Shown here piece after piece: positions 1-11,225 of a stretch of 64,000 bases of DNA. A program made the translations under genes and the position numbers. Source of the stretch: an uncultured Gemmatimonadales bacterium (GTDB lineage Bacteria; Gemmatimonadota; Gemmatimonadetes; Longimicrobiales; RSA9); the NCBI GenBank assembly GCA_963741945.1, contig CAVUKA010000001.1, positions 800,001-864,000 on the forward strand, written 5' to 3'. Below the pieces are notes generated by a model. It did not search any database, was not told the origin of the DNA, and worked only from the letters and a program-made list of their open reading frames with translations. Within the stretch, counting starts at the first letter, position 1; every line of letters begins with the position of its first letter.

Positions 1-267
1 GGGCTGGTGATCGCCGGCGTGGGCGCGGGGGGCGAGTCGGTCCGCGGCGTGGTGCTCGCCCCCGCGTACTTCCGGCTCATCGAGGGGGGAGAGCTGCACG
101 GCGCGGTGGTGAGCGCCTACAACGACATTCGCGGTGCGCAGCACGGGCTGGCCATCGGCATCGTGAACATCACGGACGAGCTGCATGGGCTTCAGATCGG
201 GCTCGTGAACATCGCCCGCAACAAGGATCGCTTCCCGTTCCTCCCGCTGGCCAATTATCACCGGTGA
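1..267 (+). CDS. 3' end of a Gly-rich repeat surface protein (LA_2272-like repeats), truncated by the window edge
   Basis: Repeated GLAIGIVNI/GLQIGLVNI motifs; frame is open from the window start. Confidence 0.6.
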   Translation, partial: GLVIAGVGAGGESVRGVVLAPAYFRLIEGGELHGAVVSAYNDIRGAQHGLAIGIVNITDELHGLQIGLVNIARNKDRFPFLPLANYHR

Positions 268-336
268 TGCGCCGACGGCACGGACCTGGCCGGGGTAGTA
301 TGTTGGAAACGCCAGTTCAACCGGGCCGGGGGCGCC

Positions 337-792
337 GTGGAGATACCCGAAGGATTTCCGGACGTCCGCTTCTTCTCGCTGGAGGAGGCGAACCGAACGC
401 TGCCCTACGTGCGCAGCGTGGTGGAAGACATCGTGGAGGAGTACGAGCAGGTGGAGCCCCTGCTCACGTGGCTGAAAGCACTGCCCGCCGAGGCCCGTGA
501 AGGGAAGCGTGCGCGCGACGTGAAGGCGGAGGTGGCCGCCCGGGCGGAGTCGCTGGACGGCCTGGTCCAGGAGCTCCACCGCGTCGGCTGCCAGTTCAAG
601 GGGTTCCGCGAGGGGCTGGTGGACTGGCTCAGCCTGTACGGCGGCCGACCCGTGCTGCTCTGCTGGAAGCTGGGCGAGGCGCAGATCGAACACTGGCACC
701 AGCTCGATGCCGGCTTTCTCGGACGACAGCCGATCCTGGACTCCCAGCGCGACGCCTTTCGCTCCGTCGCCGCGGGTGGCGCCGGGGAGTAG
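337..792 (+). CDS. DUF2203 family protein
   Basis: F(S/T)LEEAN..LP N-terminus; GLVDW, LCWKLGE..I.HWH...GF.GR motifs. Confidence 0.85.
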   Translation: MEIPEGFPDVRFFSLEEANRTLPYVRSVVEDIVEEYEQVEPLLTWLKALPAEAREGKRARDVKAEVAARAESLDGLVQELHRVGCQFKGFREGLVDWLSLYGGRPVLLCWKLGEAQIEHWHQLDAGFLGRQPILDSQRDAFRSVAAGGAGE

Positions 793-890
793 CAGCCCTC
801 CGGTCCGGGCCGATCGTCGGCGGCCGGGGCCATGACCCGCCACGCTCCCCGGCCGTCGCGCAGCGCCCGTCCCGGCCGTAGACTTCCCGC

Positions 891-3222
891 ATGGACGCCC
901 TCAGCCTCGCTGCGCGCACCCCGCGCATTGCCGTCGATGACGCCGCCCGCGCCGCCCGCGAGCTGTGGGGCGAGCACGGCGATGTCACGGAGCTGCCGAG
1001 CGAGCGCGACCGCAACTTCCTGCTGACGCGCCCGGACGGCGCCCGCCGCGTTCTCAAGGTGTCGCGCCTGCACGAGGATCCGGCATTGCTGGAAGCGCAG
1101 AACGCGATGGTGAAGCGCGCGGCCGATCGCGTTCGCGCCTTCAGCTTCCCCGCACCCCTCCCCTCCCTCGCCGGCCGCGAGATCGAGACCGTCGACACGG
1201 GCGACGCCCGCCATCTCGCTCGCCTGGTCCGGTGGGTCCCCGGCATCCCGCTGGCGCGGCTACCCGCCCGCCCTCCCGCGCTGCTCCGCGACCTGGGTCG
1301 GCTGCTCGGCGCCCTCGATCGGGCGCTGACCGGGATCGACCTCCCCGCGCTGCACCGGGACTTCTACTGGGACGTACGCAGCGGGAAGCACCTGCTCGAG
1401 CGCCACGTGTCGGCGCTCCCCGAGGATCGCCGCGGCCCCGTCCAGCGCCGCGTGGCCCTGGCCGACCGCGTCCTCGCCGCTCGCGAGCCTCGCCTGCGCC
1501 GCGGCCTGATCCACGGGGATGGCAACGACTGGAACATCCTTGCCGAGGATGGCCACCCCCACCGCGTGACCGGGCTCCTGGACTTCGGCGACGCCGTCCA
1601 CTCCTGGCTGGCGGCGGAGCCCGCCGTGGCCGCCGCGTACGCCATGATGGGCCAGGACGACCCGGTCGCCGCCGCGGCCGCCGTGGTGGCCGGCTACCAG
1701 GCCGCCCACCCGCTCGACCGCGCGGAGCTGGAGGCGGTGTGGGCCCTGGCGGGGCTCCGGCTGGCCATGTCGGTGACGATTGCAGCCATCCAGCGGGAGC
1801 AGCGACCGGGCGACGCGTACCTGTCCGTGAGCGAGTCTGCGGCGTGGACGCTGCTGCGGGCCATGGATGACATCGACCCCGAAGATGCGACGGAGCGGAT
1901 CGTGGAGAGCGCAGGCCAGCTGACCACCCCCGAGATCATGGAGCGCCGGAGCCGGCACATCGGGCCGTCGCTGAGCGTCTCCTACCGACGGCCGCTGCAC
2001 ATCGTACGCGGCTGGATGCAGCACCTCTACGACAATGGGGGCGGCGAATACCTCGACTGCGTCAACAACGTGGCCCACGTCGGTCACTGCCACCCTCGCG
2101 TGGTGGACGCACTCTCCACCCAGGCCGCGATCCTGAACACGAACACCCGCTACCTCCATCCCGCGCTCGTCCGCTATCGCCGAGCGGCTCACGGCCACAC
2201 TTCCGGATCCACTCTCCGTCTGCTTCCTCGTCAATTCCGGCAGTGAGGCGAACGAGCTGGCGTTGCGTCTCTCCCGCGCGTACACCGGGCGCCGCGACGC
2301 CGTGGTCCTCGACTCCGCGTACCACGGCAACACCAACGCCGCCATCGACCTCAGCCCCTACAAGTTCAATGGCCCGGGCGGGGCGGGCGCGCCCGCCTGG
2401 GTCCACGTCGCACCGCTCCCCGACCCCTACCGCGGCCGATTCCGGGCGCCCGAGCGGGAGCTGGGGCAGCGCTACGCCGCCGACCTCGCCGCAGCCGTGG
2501 ACCGCGCCCGCGAGAACGGGGGCGTCGCCGCGTTCTTCGCCGAATCACTGGCCAGCTGCGGCGGACAGGTCGAGTTCCCGCCCGGCTTCCTCTCCGCCGC
2601 TTACGCCGCAGTCCGTGACGCGGGCGGCGTGTGCGTCGCCGATGAGGTCCAGGTGGGGTTCGGCCGCGTCGGCAGCCACTTCTGGGGCTTTCAGACCCAG
2701 GGCGACGATGTGATCCCGGACATCGTCACGCTCGGCAAGCCCATCGGCAACGGACACCCCCTCGGCGCCATCGTGACCACGCCGGCCATTGCCGACGCTT
2801 TCGCGAATGGGATGGAGTACTTCAACACGTTCGGCGGCAATCCCGTCAGCTGCGCCGTCGGACTGGCCGTCCTGGACGTCATCCGCGACGAGGGACTCCA
2901 GCAGCACGCACGCGACGTCGGAGACCGCCTCCTCGCCGGGCTCCGCCAGCTCGCGGCCGGATTCCCCGCCATTGGCCATGTCCGGGGACGCGGGCTCTTC
3001 CTCGGCATCGAGCTCGTCGTCGATCCCGTCAGCCGCGAGCCCGCCACACGCCTCGCCGGCGACGTCGTGGAGTCCATGCGCGACCGCCATCTCCTCCTCA
3101 GCACCGATGGGCCGGACGCCAACGTGATCAAGATCAAGCCCCCACTCCCCTTCTCCGAGGCAGACGCCGACCGCCTCACCACCGAGCTCGCCGACGTGCT
3201 CCGCTCGCTCACCGCGTCGTAG
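891..3222 (+). pseudogene. APH-family (hydroxylysine-kinase-like) kinase fused to a class III PLP aminotransferase, split by a +1 frameshift at ~2177
   Basis: Kinase motifs LIHGDGND and LLDFGD; aminotransferase motifs [32 protein letters not shown]. Removing one base at 2177/2178 restores [31 protein letters not shown] in frame. Confidence 0.8.
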
Positions 3223-3353
3223 CGCCCGCTGCGCCGGGTGACCGGCGAACGCTGACGCCGCGGCATCGGCTGACGGGCGGGCTCGTGCGCCGAGCCCCCG
3301 CCCCCGCCCACGGTTGCGGTGCGCGGCCGGAATGTGGACATTCAGGGCTTCAT

Positions 3354-6122
3354 ATGCTCACTCCCCCCACGCGCCAGCGATGGCACGCCCTTGCTCGCGC
3401 CATACGCGCGCACTTCGGTGCCGCGGAGCAGTCCGCGCTCCGGGTGGCCGGCCTGTTCGCCCTTTTCGGAGTGCTCTGGATCCTTCTCTCCGACCGGGTC
3501 GTGGAGACGGTGGTGATCCCGGGCTACGACCCCGCCACACTGCAGACGGTGAAAGGGCTCGTGTTCGTGCTGCTGTCCGCCGGGCTTGTGTTCTTGGTGG
3601 CGAGGCGCGGGTATGCGCGGATCAGGGCGAGCGAGCTGGCCGAGCACCGCGAAACGGAAGAGCGATTCCGCCGCATGGTGGAGCGGAGCGAAGAGGTGTT
3701 CTTCTATGAGCAGGACGCGGAAGGGCGGTTCAGGTACATCTCGCCATCCGTATCGGGCGTGCTCGGGTATGATCCGGCCGCACTCCTCGGCAGCTCGTTC
3801 GACGGCCTGCTGTCGGACGAGGACGAAGGCAGTGCGGAGCTGAGGCGGCGGGGGCTGCAGGGCGGCGACCGGCTTCCGAGCTACCGGCTTGCCGTTTCTC
3901 ACACCACAGGGCGTACGGTGGTGCTCGAGATCGTGGAGCGCCCCGTTTACGGATCGCCCGACCCGGCCGCGGCCCCCGGCCCGGTCGCGCTCCAGGGCCT
4001 CGCGCGGGACGTCACGGAGCGGCACGACACGCTGATGAAGCTGCGCCGCCGCCTGGAGGTGGAGGCCGGCCTCGCCAGGATCTCCTCCCTGCTGGCGGCG
4101 GGCGTCCGCGATGCCCCCGACCGTGTCACGGCGGAGCTGGGACGGCTGCTCGGGACGGACGCGGCCGCCCTCTTCCTGATGGAGCGGGAGCAACCGAAAG
4201 TCGAGCACGCCTTCGAGTGGCGGGCGGCCGGGATGACGATCCCCGACGGCGCGTCGCCAGCGCCCCTGCTCCCGGGAGGGTGGCTGGTGGATCGCCTCGG
4301 GCGTGGCGACGAGCTTCGGATCGAGGATGCGGACGCGCTGCCCGAAAGCGCCCGTGCGGACCGGGAGTTCCTGAAGCGCCGGGGCTTCCGAAGCGTCTTC
4401 GCCCTGCCGCTGGCGGGGAAGGACCTCTCGCTGGCGTTCATCGCGCTCTACGCGCGGGAGCCACGCGCCTGGGCCGCCGACGACCTTCAGACGCTGCGGG
4501 TGGCAGGCCGGATGGTGACGACCGAGCTCGAGCGACGCAGGGCCGAGGAGCTTCTGCGCCTGCTGTCGCGTGCCGTGGACCAGAGCCCGGCTTCGATCAT
4601 CATCACGGACATGGCCGGGGACATCGTATACGTGAACCCGAAGTTCACGGCCGTGAGCGGCTACGCGCCGGATGAAGTGATCGGCAGGAATCCCCGGCTG
4701 CTGCAGTCTGGCAAGCACGACGTGACGTTCTACCGGGGCCTCTGGGAAACGATCATGGCAGGCCGCGAGTGGCGGGGCGAGATCCAGAACCGCCGCAAGG
4801 ACGGCGACATCTTCTGGGAGGTGGCGGCGATCTCCGGGGTGCTGGCTCCGTCCGGTGAGGTCACCCACTTCGTCGCCGTGAAGGAGGATGTGACGGAGAA
4901 CCGGCTCCTGCAGAAGAAGTTCGAGCAGGCGCAGAAAATGGACGCGGTCGGGCGTCTGGCTGGCGGCCTGGCCCACGACTTCAACAACGTGCTCACGGCC
5001 ATCCACGGCCACGCCCGCCTCGTGCTCGATCAGCTGGACGCGTCGCAGCCGCAGCGGGATGACATCGAGGAGATCGTCATGGCGGCCGACCGCGCCGCCG
5101 GCGTGATCCGCCAGCTGCTCCATTTCAGCCGCCGGGGCGGGACCAGCCCGGAAGTGGTGGACCTGAACGATGTCGTGGGTGGTCTGAAACGCATGCTGCG
5201 GGGACTGCTCAGCGAGGAAGTCCGCCTGGAGGTCGAGCTGTGCACGCACCCCTGCCTGGTGCGGGCCGACCGGGGCCAGATGGAGCAGATCCTCATCAAC
5301 CTGGCCATCAATGCGCGCGACGCCATGCCCGGCGGCGGCGCGCTTCGGATCGGCCTGACCCGAACCGACCGCGCAGAGGCCAGCGAGCCGGTGGAAGCGG
5401 CAGGATTCGGCCGGTCGGACGAGGCTGCATCGGCGGAATCCTTCGTGCGGATCACGGTGACGGACACGGGTACGGGGATGAGCCCCGATGTCCAGCAGCA
5501 CGTGTTCGAGCCGTTCTTCACGACCAAGGAAACGGGTAAGGGCACCGGCCTCGGGCTCGCCACGGTTTACGGCATGGTGCAGGAGAACGGGGGCTGGATC
5601 AGCTTCCGCAGCGAGGAGGAGCGCGGCACGACGTTCACGCTCCATTTCCCCGCCCTCGAAGCTGACATGGCGCCCGGCGCTCCCCTGGCGGAGCCGGCGA
5701 GCGGGAACGGGGTGCCACGACCGGGGAATGAGGTGGTGCTCGTGGTGGAGGACGAGGCGTCGGTTCGCTCCGTGGTCCGGCGCGTGCTGAGTCGCCTCGG
5801 CTACACGGTCCTGGAAGCTTCGGACGGGGCCGACGCGGAGACGCGGGCCGCCGAGTACGGCGGCGCCATCCACCTCCTGCTCACGGACACCGTGATGCCC
5901 GGCATGCGTGGCCCCGAGGTGGCGCGCCGCCTCCGCGCGCGACGGCCCGAGATCCGGGTGCTGCTCATGAGCGGCTACACGTTCGACGAGGCGGACCCCC
6001 GGGCGTTGCTCGAGGACGCGGACTTCATCGGGAAGCCGTTCACCCCCGAGTCGCTCGCGGCCGCCGTCCGGAATGCGCTGGACCGGCTCCCCACCGGCGG
6101 TCCGGAGAGCCATTCAGCCTGA
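3354..6122 (+). CDS. Hybrid sensor histidine kinase (TM-PAS-GAF-PAS-HisKA-HATPase-REC)
   Basis: GGLAHDFNN H-box, NLAINARDAM, EPFFTTK..GKGTGLGL, C-terminal receiver VLVVED...LLTD...KPF; start uncertain (3285/3354). Confidence 0.9.
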   Translation: MLTPPTRQRWHALARAIRAHFGAAEQSALRVAGLFALFGVLWILLSDRVVETVVIPGYDPATLQTVKGLVFVLLSAGLVFLVARRGYARIRASELAEHRETEERFRRMVERSEEVFFYEQDAEGRFRYISPSVSGVLGYDPAALLGSSFDGLLSDEDEGSAELRRRGLQGGDRLPSYRLAVSHTTGRTVVLEIVERPVYGSPDPAAAPGPVALQGLARDVTERHDTLMKLRRRLEVEAGLARISSLLAAGVRDAPDRVTAELGRLLGTDAAALFLMEREQPKVEHAFEWRAAGMTIPDGASPAPLLPGGWLVDRLGRGDELRIEDADALPESARADREFLKRRGFRSVFALPLAGKDLSLAFIALYAREPRAWAADDLQTLRVAGRMVTTELERRRAEELLRLLSRAVDQSPASIIITDMAGDIVYVNPKFTAVSGYAPDEVIGRNPRLLQSGKHDVTFYRGLWETIMAGREWRGEIQNRRKDGDIFWEVAAISGVLAPSGEVTHFVAVKEDVTENRLLQKKFEQAQKMDAVGRLAGGLAHDFNNVLTAIHGHARLVLDQLDASQPQRDDIEEIVMAADRAAGVIRQLLHFSRRGGTSPEVVDLNDVVGGLKRMLRGLLSEEVRLEVELCTHPCLVRADRGQMEQILINLAINARDAMPGGGALRIGLTRTDRAEASEPVEAAGFGRSDEAASAESFVRITVTDTGTGMSPDVQQHVFEPFFTTKETGKGTGLGLATVYGMVQENGGWISFRSEEERGTTFTLHFPALEADMAPGAPLAEPASGNGVPRPGNEVVLVVEDEASVRSVVRRVLSRLGYTVLEASDGADAETRAAEYGGAIHLLLTDTVMPGMRGPEVARRLRARRPEIRVLLMSGYTFDEADPRALLEDADFIGKPFTPESLAAAVRNALDRLPTGGPESHSA

Positions 6123-6131
6123 ACGGCGCGA

Positions 6132-6788
6132 TCAGGGGCCCGGGCGGGGCAGCCGGCCCGAGCGCTGCGCGGTCCGGGCCTCCTCGATGGCGCGGCGGAC
6201 TTCACGCGGCCCGAGGTCCAGCGCCTCGCCCGCCCGATCGAGCAGCCTGCTCTCCTGCGGGTGGAGGTCGCCATCCGCGGTGCAGACGAGGTACGCGGCC
6301 GATACCAGGCTACGCCGCATGCGCATGGGGACCAGGAGGGCGAGCCGCGCCAGTCGCGGTATCGGCTCACCCCACTCGGCGCGAGCATGCGTCAGGAGCT
6401 CAGCGACTTCCATGTCGCCCAGCGGCTTCCCCGTGTACCAGCGGAGCACGGACCCGGCCACCTCCCGCTCCGATTCCCGTACGGCCGCGTCGGACAGCAT
6501 GACGGCCGCCATCACGGAAACGAGAGCCACTTCGTCCTCGGCCAGAACGGGGGCGATGCGCCGGGAGTCGGCGGCGGCGAAGGCGTGGCCACATTCGTCG
6601 CACGCATTGAAGAGCGCGGGTCGTCCGAAGCGGAACAGCGGTCGCCCGAGCGCGGTGAGGTGACGCTGGAGTATGACCCGCGAGCAGCCGCGCGGCGCCC
6701 CGCAGCGTGGACAGTCGAAGCTGCTCGCCGCCTTTTCTTCCCGGCGCCAGACCGTGCCCACCAGATCGCCGCCCCCTGAGCGCTCCAT
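6132..6788 (-). CDS. Zinc-ribbon plus TerB (tellurite resistance)-like protein
   Basis: CPRCG...CDECG followed by TerB-like V..SD..V.ESE and ADGDLHPQE..LL..AGEAL; start uncertain. Confidence 0.7.
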   Translation of the reverse strand: MERSGGGDLVGTVWRREEKAASSFDCPRCGAPRGCSRVILQRHLTALGRPLFRFGRPALFNACDECGHAFAAADSRRIAPVLAEDEVALVSVMAAVMLSDAAVRESEREVAGSVLRWYTGKPLGDMEVAELLTHARAEWGEPIPRLARLALLVPMRMRRSLVSAAYLVCTADGDLHPQESRLLDRAGEALDLGPREVRRAIEEARTAQRSGRLPRPGP

Positions 6789-6946
6789 CCGACAAAGGTG
6801 CTCGGTGGCGCTGTGAGAGTCCAGGGGCTGGGCGTGCGGAACCCTCCGGCGTGCACTAGAGTACGAACCCCGTGCCGCGGCCCCGGTCGCGGAGCGATGT
6901 CGTACGCGCCGGACGCCGGCGCGCCCAGCTCCCGAGGATGCATTAC

Positions 6947-9136
6947 ATGTCGCGAACCAGATTGCTGTCGATCCCATTGGTGCTGCTGGCGGGGGCGTGT
7001 GCCCACGCCGCTCCGCCCACGACCCCCCCACAGGCCCCTGTCGCCTCGCACACGCCCTCTGCCGAGGCGGCGCGGGAAAACCCGTTCTTCGAACCGAGCC
7101 CGCTGCCGTTCCAGGCTCCGCCTTTCGACCGTATCCGCGACACCGACTACATGCCGGCGCTGGAGCGGGGAATGGCGCAGCACCTGGCGGAGGTGGAAGC
7201 GATCGCGGCCCAGGCTGACGCGCCGACGTTCGACAATACGATCGTGGCACTCGAGCGCTCGGGCGCCCTGCTGAATCGCGTGTCGAAAGTGTTCTTCTCC
7301 ATCACCTCGGCGAACACCGATGACACGCTCCAGGCCGTGCTGACCGAAGTCGCGCCCAGGTTGGCCGCCCACAGCGACGCCATCTACCTGAACGCGAAGC
7401 TGTTCGACCGCATCCGCACGCTCCACGACCAGCGGGATTCCATCGGGCTGAATGCCGAGCAGAAGCGCGTGGTCGACGAGTATTACAGCGACTTCGTCCG
7501 CTCGGGCGCGCTCCTGACGGAGATGCAGAAGGACACGCTGCGCGCGCTCAACCAGGAAGAGTCGACGCTGTCCACGGAGTTCCAGAACCGCCTCCTCGCC
7601 GGCACCAAGGCCGCGGCGCTGGTGGTCCGCGACAGGGAGATGCTCGCCGGCCTGAGCGATGCCGAGATCGCGGCAGCCGCCAGCGCGGCCGAGCAGCGGG
7701 GTCTGGATGGGGCCTGGGTCCTGCCGCTGCAGAACACCACCCAGCAGCCCGCCCAGGCGTCCCTCACGGATCGGTCCGTGCGGCAGCAGCTGTTCGAGGC
7801 GTCGACCCGGCGGGCGGAGCACGGTGACGCAAACGACACGCGCTCGCTCATCCAGCGGCTGGCGCAGGAGCGGGCGTTGCGCGCGAAGCTCCTCGGCTAC
7901 CCGGACTACGCCGCGTACGCGCTCGAGCCGCAGATGGCGGGGACGCCGGAGGCGGCCATCGGGCTGATGAAGCGGCTGGTCCCCGCGGCCACGGCGAAGG
8001 CGAGGGCCGAAGCGGCGGACATGCAGGCGCTCATCGATCAGCAGGGTGGCGATTTCCAGCTCCAGCCGTGGGACTGGCAGTACTACTCGGAGCAGGTCCG
8101 GAAGGCGAAGTACGACCTGGATGAGTCCCAGATCAAGCCGTACTTCGAGCTGAACCGAGTCCTGGAGGATGGCGTCTTCTACGCCGCCAACAAGCTCTAC
8201 GGCATCACGTTCCAGGAGCGGCACGACATTCCGGTCTACGCCCCCGACGTCCGGGTCTTCCAGGTCAATGACGCCGACGGCTCGCCGCTCGCGCTCTTCT
8301 ATTGCGACTACTTCAAGCGCGACAACAAGAGTGGCGGGGCGTGGATGGACACGTTCGTGGACCAGTCGGGACTGATGGGAACGAAGCCGGTGGTCTTCAA
8401 CGTGGCGAATTTCGCCAGGCCCGCGGCGGGACAGCCGGCGCTGCTGAGCTACGACGACGTGACCACAATGTTTCACGAATTCGGTCACGCGCTCCACGGA
8501 ATGTTCTCGAACGTGACCTATCCGAAGCTGTCCGGGACCAGCGTCCCCCGCGACTTCGTGGAGTTCCCGTCCCAGTTCAACGAGAAATGGGCCATGGACC
8601 CGGACGTGTTTGCGCACTACGCGCGGCACTACCGGACGGGCGAGCCCATGCCGCAGGCGCTGGTGGCCAAGATCAAGAAGGCGGGCACGTTCAATCAGGG
8701 CTTCGCCACCACGGAGTACCTGGCGGCTGCGCTCCTCGACATGGCGTGGCACACGCTGCCGGCGGATGCTCCCCGACAGGATGTGGACGCCTTCGAAGCG
8801 AAGGCGCTGGCCGACGCCGGGTTCGACGTGCCCCAGGTGCCGCCACGCTACCGGACGACGTACTTCGCCCACATCTGGGAGGGCGGTTACGCGGCCGGTT
8901 ATTACGCGTACATCTGGGCCGAGGTGCTGGACCACGACGCATTCGCCTGGTTCCAGGAGCACGGTGGCATGACCCGCGCCAACGGGCAGCGCTACCGTGA
9001 CATGGTCCTTTCGAAGGGCGGAACGGAAGAGGCGGGAGCCATGTACCGGGCGTTCCGGGGACGGGACCCGAGCATCGAGCCGCTGCTCGAGGCACGCGGT
9101 CTGGAAGCGAACACCGCTTCGGCCGGAGTGCACTGA
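6947..9136 (+). CDS. dcp: Peptidyl-dipeptidase Dcp (M3 metallopeptidase), lipoprotein
   Basis: FHEFGHALH zinc motif, RDFVEFPSQ, GYAAGYYAYIWAEVL; lipobox LAGAC. Confidence 0.92.
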   Translation: MSRTRLLSIPLVLLAGACAHAAPPTTPPQAPVASHTPSAEAARENPFFEPSPLPFQAPPFDRIRDTDYMPALERGMAQHLAEVEAIAAQADAPTFDNTIVALERSGALLNRVSKVFFSITSANTDDTLQAVLTEVAPRLAAHSDAIYLNAKLFDRIRTLHDQRDSIGLNAEQKRVVDEYYSDFVRSGALLTEMQKDTLRALNQEESTLSTEFQNRLLAGTKAAALVVRDREMLAGLSDAEIAAAASAAEQRGLDGAWVLPLQNTTQQPAQASLTDRSVRQQLFEASTRRAEHGDANDTRSLIQRLAQERALRAKLLGYPDYAAYALEPQMAGTPEAAIGLMKRLVPAATAKARAEAADMQALIDQQGGDFQLQPWDWQYYSEQVRKAKYDLDESQIKPYFELNRVLEDGVFYAANKLYGITFQERHDIPVYAPDVRVFQVNDADGSPLALFYCDYFKRDNKSGGAWMDTFVDQSGLMGTKPVVFNVANFARPAAGQPALLSYDDVTTMFHEFGHALHGMFSNVTYPKLSGTSVPRDFVEFPSQFNEKWAMDPDVFAHYARHYRTGEPMPQALVAKIKKAGTFNQGFATTEYLAAALLDMAWHTLPADAPRQDVDAFEAKALADAGFDVPQVPPRYRTTYFAHIWEGGYAAGYYAYIWAEVLDHDAFAWFQEHGGMTRANGQRYRDMVLSKGGTEEAGAMYRAFRGRDPSIEPLLEARGLEANTASAGVH

Positions 9137-9203
9137 CGCGCGGGCCGGGGCCACCGCTCTGGACGTTGCCCACGAGGTTCGCGTAGAAGGCACTTACGCG
9201 CGC

Positions 9204-9244
9204 GCCGGGGCCCCGGTTGCAACCGGGGCCCCGGCTTTCGTTCT
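9204..9244 (+). terminator. Intrinsic terminator after dcp (possibly bidirectional)
   Basis: Perfect 32-bp palindrome GCCGGGGCCCCGGTTGCAACCGGGGCCCCGGC followed by TTTCGTTCT, between convergent genes. Confidence 0.7.
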
Positions 9245-9304
9245 CGTCCGCGCGCTCTGTTTGCGGGAGTTGTTGGTGGCCGCCTCGCCCCGCCCGCCCC
9301 CCCG

Positions 9305-10891
9305 CTACTTCCCCCCCAGCCGCTCCGCCAGCCAGTCCGCCATCGTGCCAAGCATCTCTCGGCTCACGTGCCGGTTGATCAGCGTGGCGTAGCCGGCCGG
9401 ATCACCGCTCGGATCCGGCAGCATCAGGTGGTTCAGTCCGGGGAACACCCGCACCGTCACATCATCGTTCCCGCCCGCCCGGAACGCCGCCGCCAGCGTG
9501 TCCGCCTGCTCTGGCGTGATCTGCCGGTCCGTTCCGCCCTGGAGAATGAGCACCGGCACGTCGCTCACCTCGCGCGCGGTGCGGAGCGGGTCGTAATCCA
9601 GGAAGAATGCGAGCCATGGCTGCCTCGCGGCCGCTTCCTCCAGCTGTTGCTCCGCGGCTGCCATGACGGAGTCCCGCTCGGCGGGAGCGATGGCCCCGTT
9701 GTGCTCGATCGACCAGTGCTGCTGGTATCGGATGATCTCCCGGCCCGTCTGCGCCGGGCCCGCGATCAGGACCAGCGCCGCCAGCCCGGTGTCGCTGGCC
9801 GCGACCATCGGACCGATCAGGGCGCCTTCACTGTGCCCGACGAGCCCCAACCGGTGGGCATCGATCCCTGGCTGGTCGCCCAGCCAGCGGACGGCGGCGG
9901 CGATGTCGCCGGCGAAATCGACGCTGGTGGCCGCGGCGGCATCGCCGCCTGACGCGCCGTAGCCGCGGTCATCGAGGCGGAGCACGGCGATACCCCGCCG
10001 CGAGAGCGTGTCCGCGATATCCCGGAACGGGCGGTACCCGGGGATGAGGGGAATCGCCTCGTCGCGATCCTGGGATCCCGAGCCGGTGATGAGCACCACG
10101 GCCGGGGACGGCCCCTGCCGCTCCGGCCGCGTCAGCGTCCCCGCCAGCTCGAACCCGCCGGGCGTGGGCACGCGCACGTCCTCGGCGGAGTAGGGCGCCC
10201 CGGCCGGCGAGGAGTAGTCGGGCGGCGCCACGGTGATGGGGCCCACGTGCGAGCCCTCGACGCGCGTGATCGTCAGGTTCTGCGATGGCACCCGGCCGCC
10301 GAGGATGCGCCCCTCGGGAGAGACGGCCACGCGGATGGCCGTGGTCCCGAGAGTCAGCGTGGCGGAGTCGGCCCCGCGCCATGCCACCGTCGCCGGGGCC
10401 GTCTGGCCGCCCTGCACCATGAAGAGCGGCACCTGGACCGTGTCGCCGCCCAGAGCTCGGGCGCGGCGCACCGCCTGTTCCATCAGGGCGAAAGAAGGGT
10501 TCAGGAACGGAATGGCACCCGGGCGGGTGCCCAGACGCTGTGTCGGCGCGTCGGCGGGGACGGAGAACGTGACCACCGCCGTGTCGCCCTGCATCGCGAT
10601 GCGGGCGGCTTGGCCCGGAGCGGAGTCGGGCGACGCGCCAGGCCGCCACGCCCGCAGCGCCAGCGTCGCGATCGTGGCACCGGGCCCTTCATCCGCCTGG
10701 AGGATCAGCCGGCCGAAGGCACGCCCGGTCAGCTCGCTTTCCAGGCGCCGGGCCCCCCGCGTCACGTTCTCCACCGCGAACGTGTCGCTCCCCAGCTGGA
10801 GCACGAATGCCGACCGCTCCTCCGCCTGCGCCGCCGCGTGCGTGGCCGTCCACGCCAGCAGCGCCATTGCCCCTGTCGCCATTCGCCTCAT
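9305..10891 (-). CDS. Secreted alpha/beta hydrolase (S9/S15-like)
   Basis: Signal peptide; GSGSQDRD, RLDDRGYG, GHSEG nucleophile motif, GGTDRQ, GLNHL. Confidence 0.85.
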   Translation of the reverse strand: MRRMATGAMALLAWTATHAAAQAEERSAFVLQLGSDTFAVENVTRGARRLESELTGRAFGRLILQADEGPGATIATLALRAWRPGASPDSAPGQAARIAMQGDTAVVTFSVPADAPTQRLGTRPGAIPFLNPSFALMEQAVRRARALGGDTVQVPLFMVQGGQTAPATVAWRGADSATLTLGTTAIRVAVSPEGRILGGRVPSQNLTITRVEGSHVGPITVAPPDYSSPAGAPYSAEDVRVPTPGGFELAGTLTRPERQGPSPAVVLITGSGSQDRDEAIPLIPGYRPFRDIADTLSRRGIAVLRLDDRGYGASGGDAAAATSVDFAGDIAAAVRWLGDQPGIDAHRLGLVGHSEGALIGPMVAASDTGLAALVLIAGPAQTGREIIRYQQHWSIEHNGAIAPAERDSVMAAAEQQLEEAAARQPWLAFFLDYDPLRTAREVSDVPVLILQGGTDRQITPEQADTLAAAFRAGGNDDVTVRVFPGLNHLMLPDPSGDPAGYATLINRHVSREMLGTMADWLAERLGGK

Positions 10892-10981
10892 CGCGGCTCC
10901 TCACGTTCGGAATTCAGACGACGCCCCCCGGGCACTGGCGGCGTTTCTACGCCCCCGGTCGCGGCCGACGCACGCCCGTTC

Positions 10982-11164
10982 TCATTCGAGGCGCCCCGGC
11001 GGCGGAGATCGGCGCATGTTCCCGGCGATCCCGATGATGGCGAGACCTGCCACCACGATCACGCCGATGGTGATCCAGACATTGGGCACGCCCACCATGG
11101 CGGCGGCCCAGGCGAGCCCGCCGATCAGGACGATGAAGCCTATGACATAAAGCGCTGTAGCCAT
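10982..11164 (-). CDS. Small two-TM membrane protein
   Basis: AAAGGAGG RBS before ATG; two hydrophobic helices. Confidence 0.7.
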   Translation of the reverse strand: MATALYVIGFIVLIGGLAWAAAMVGVPNVWITIGVIVVAGLAIIGIAGNMRRSPPPGRLE

Positions 11165-11225
11165 TTGGAATCCCTCCTTTCCCCCGGGCAGGGGCAAGGA
11201 GGGTGCCACATGGGGGTGCGCTCGC

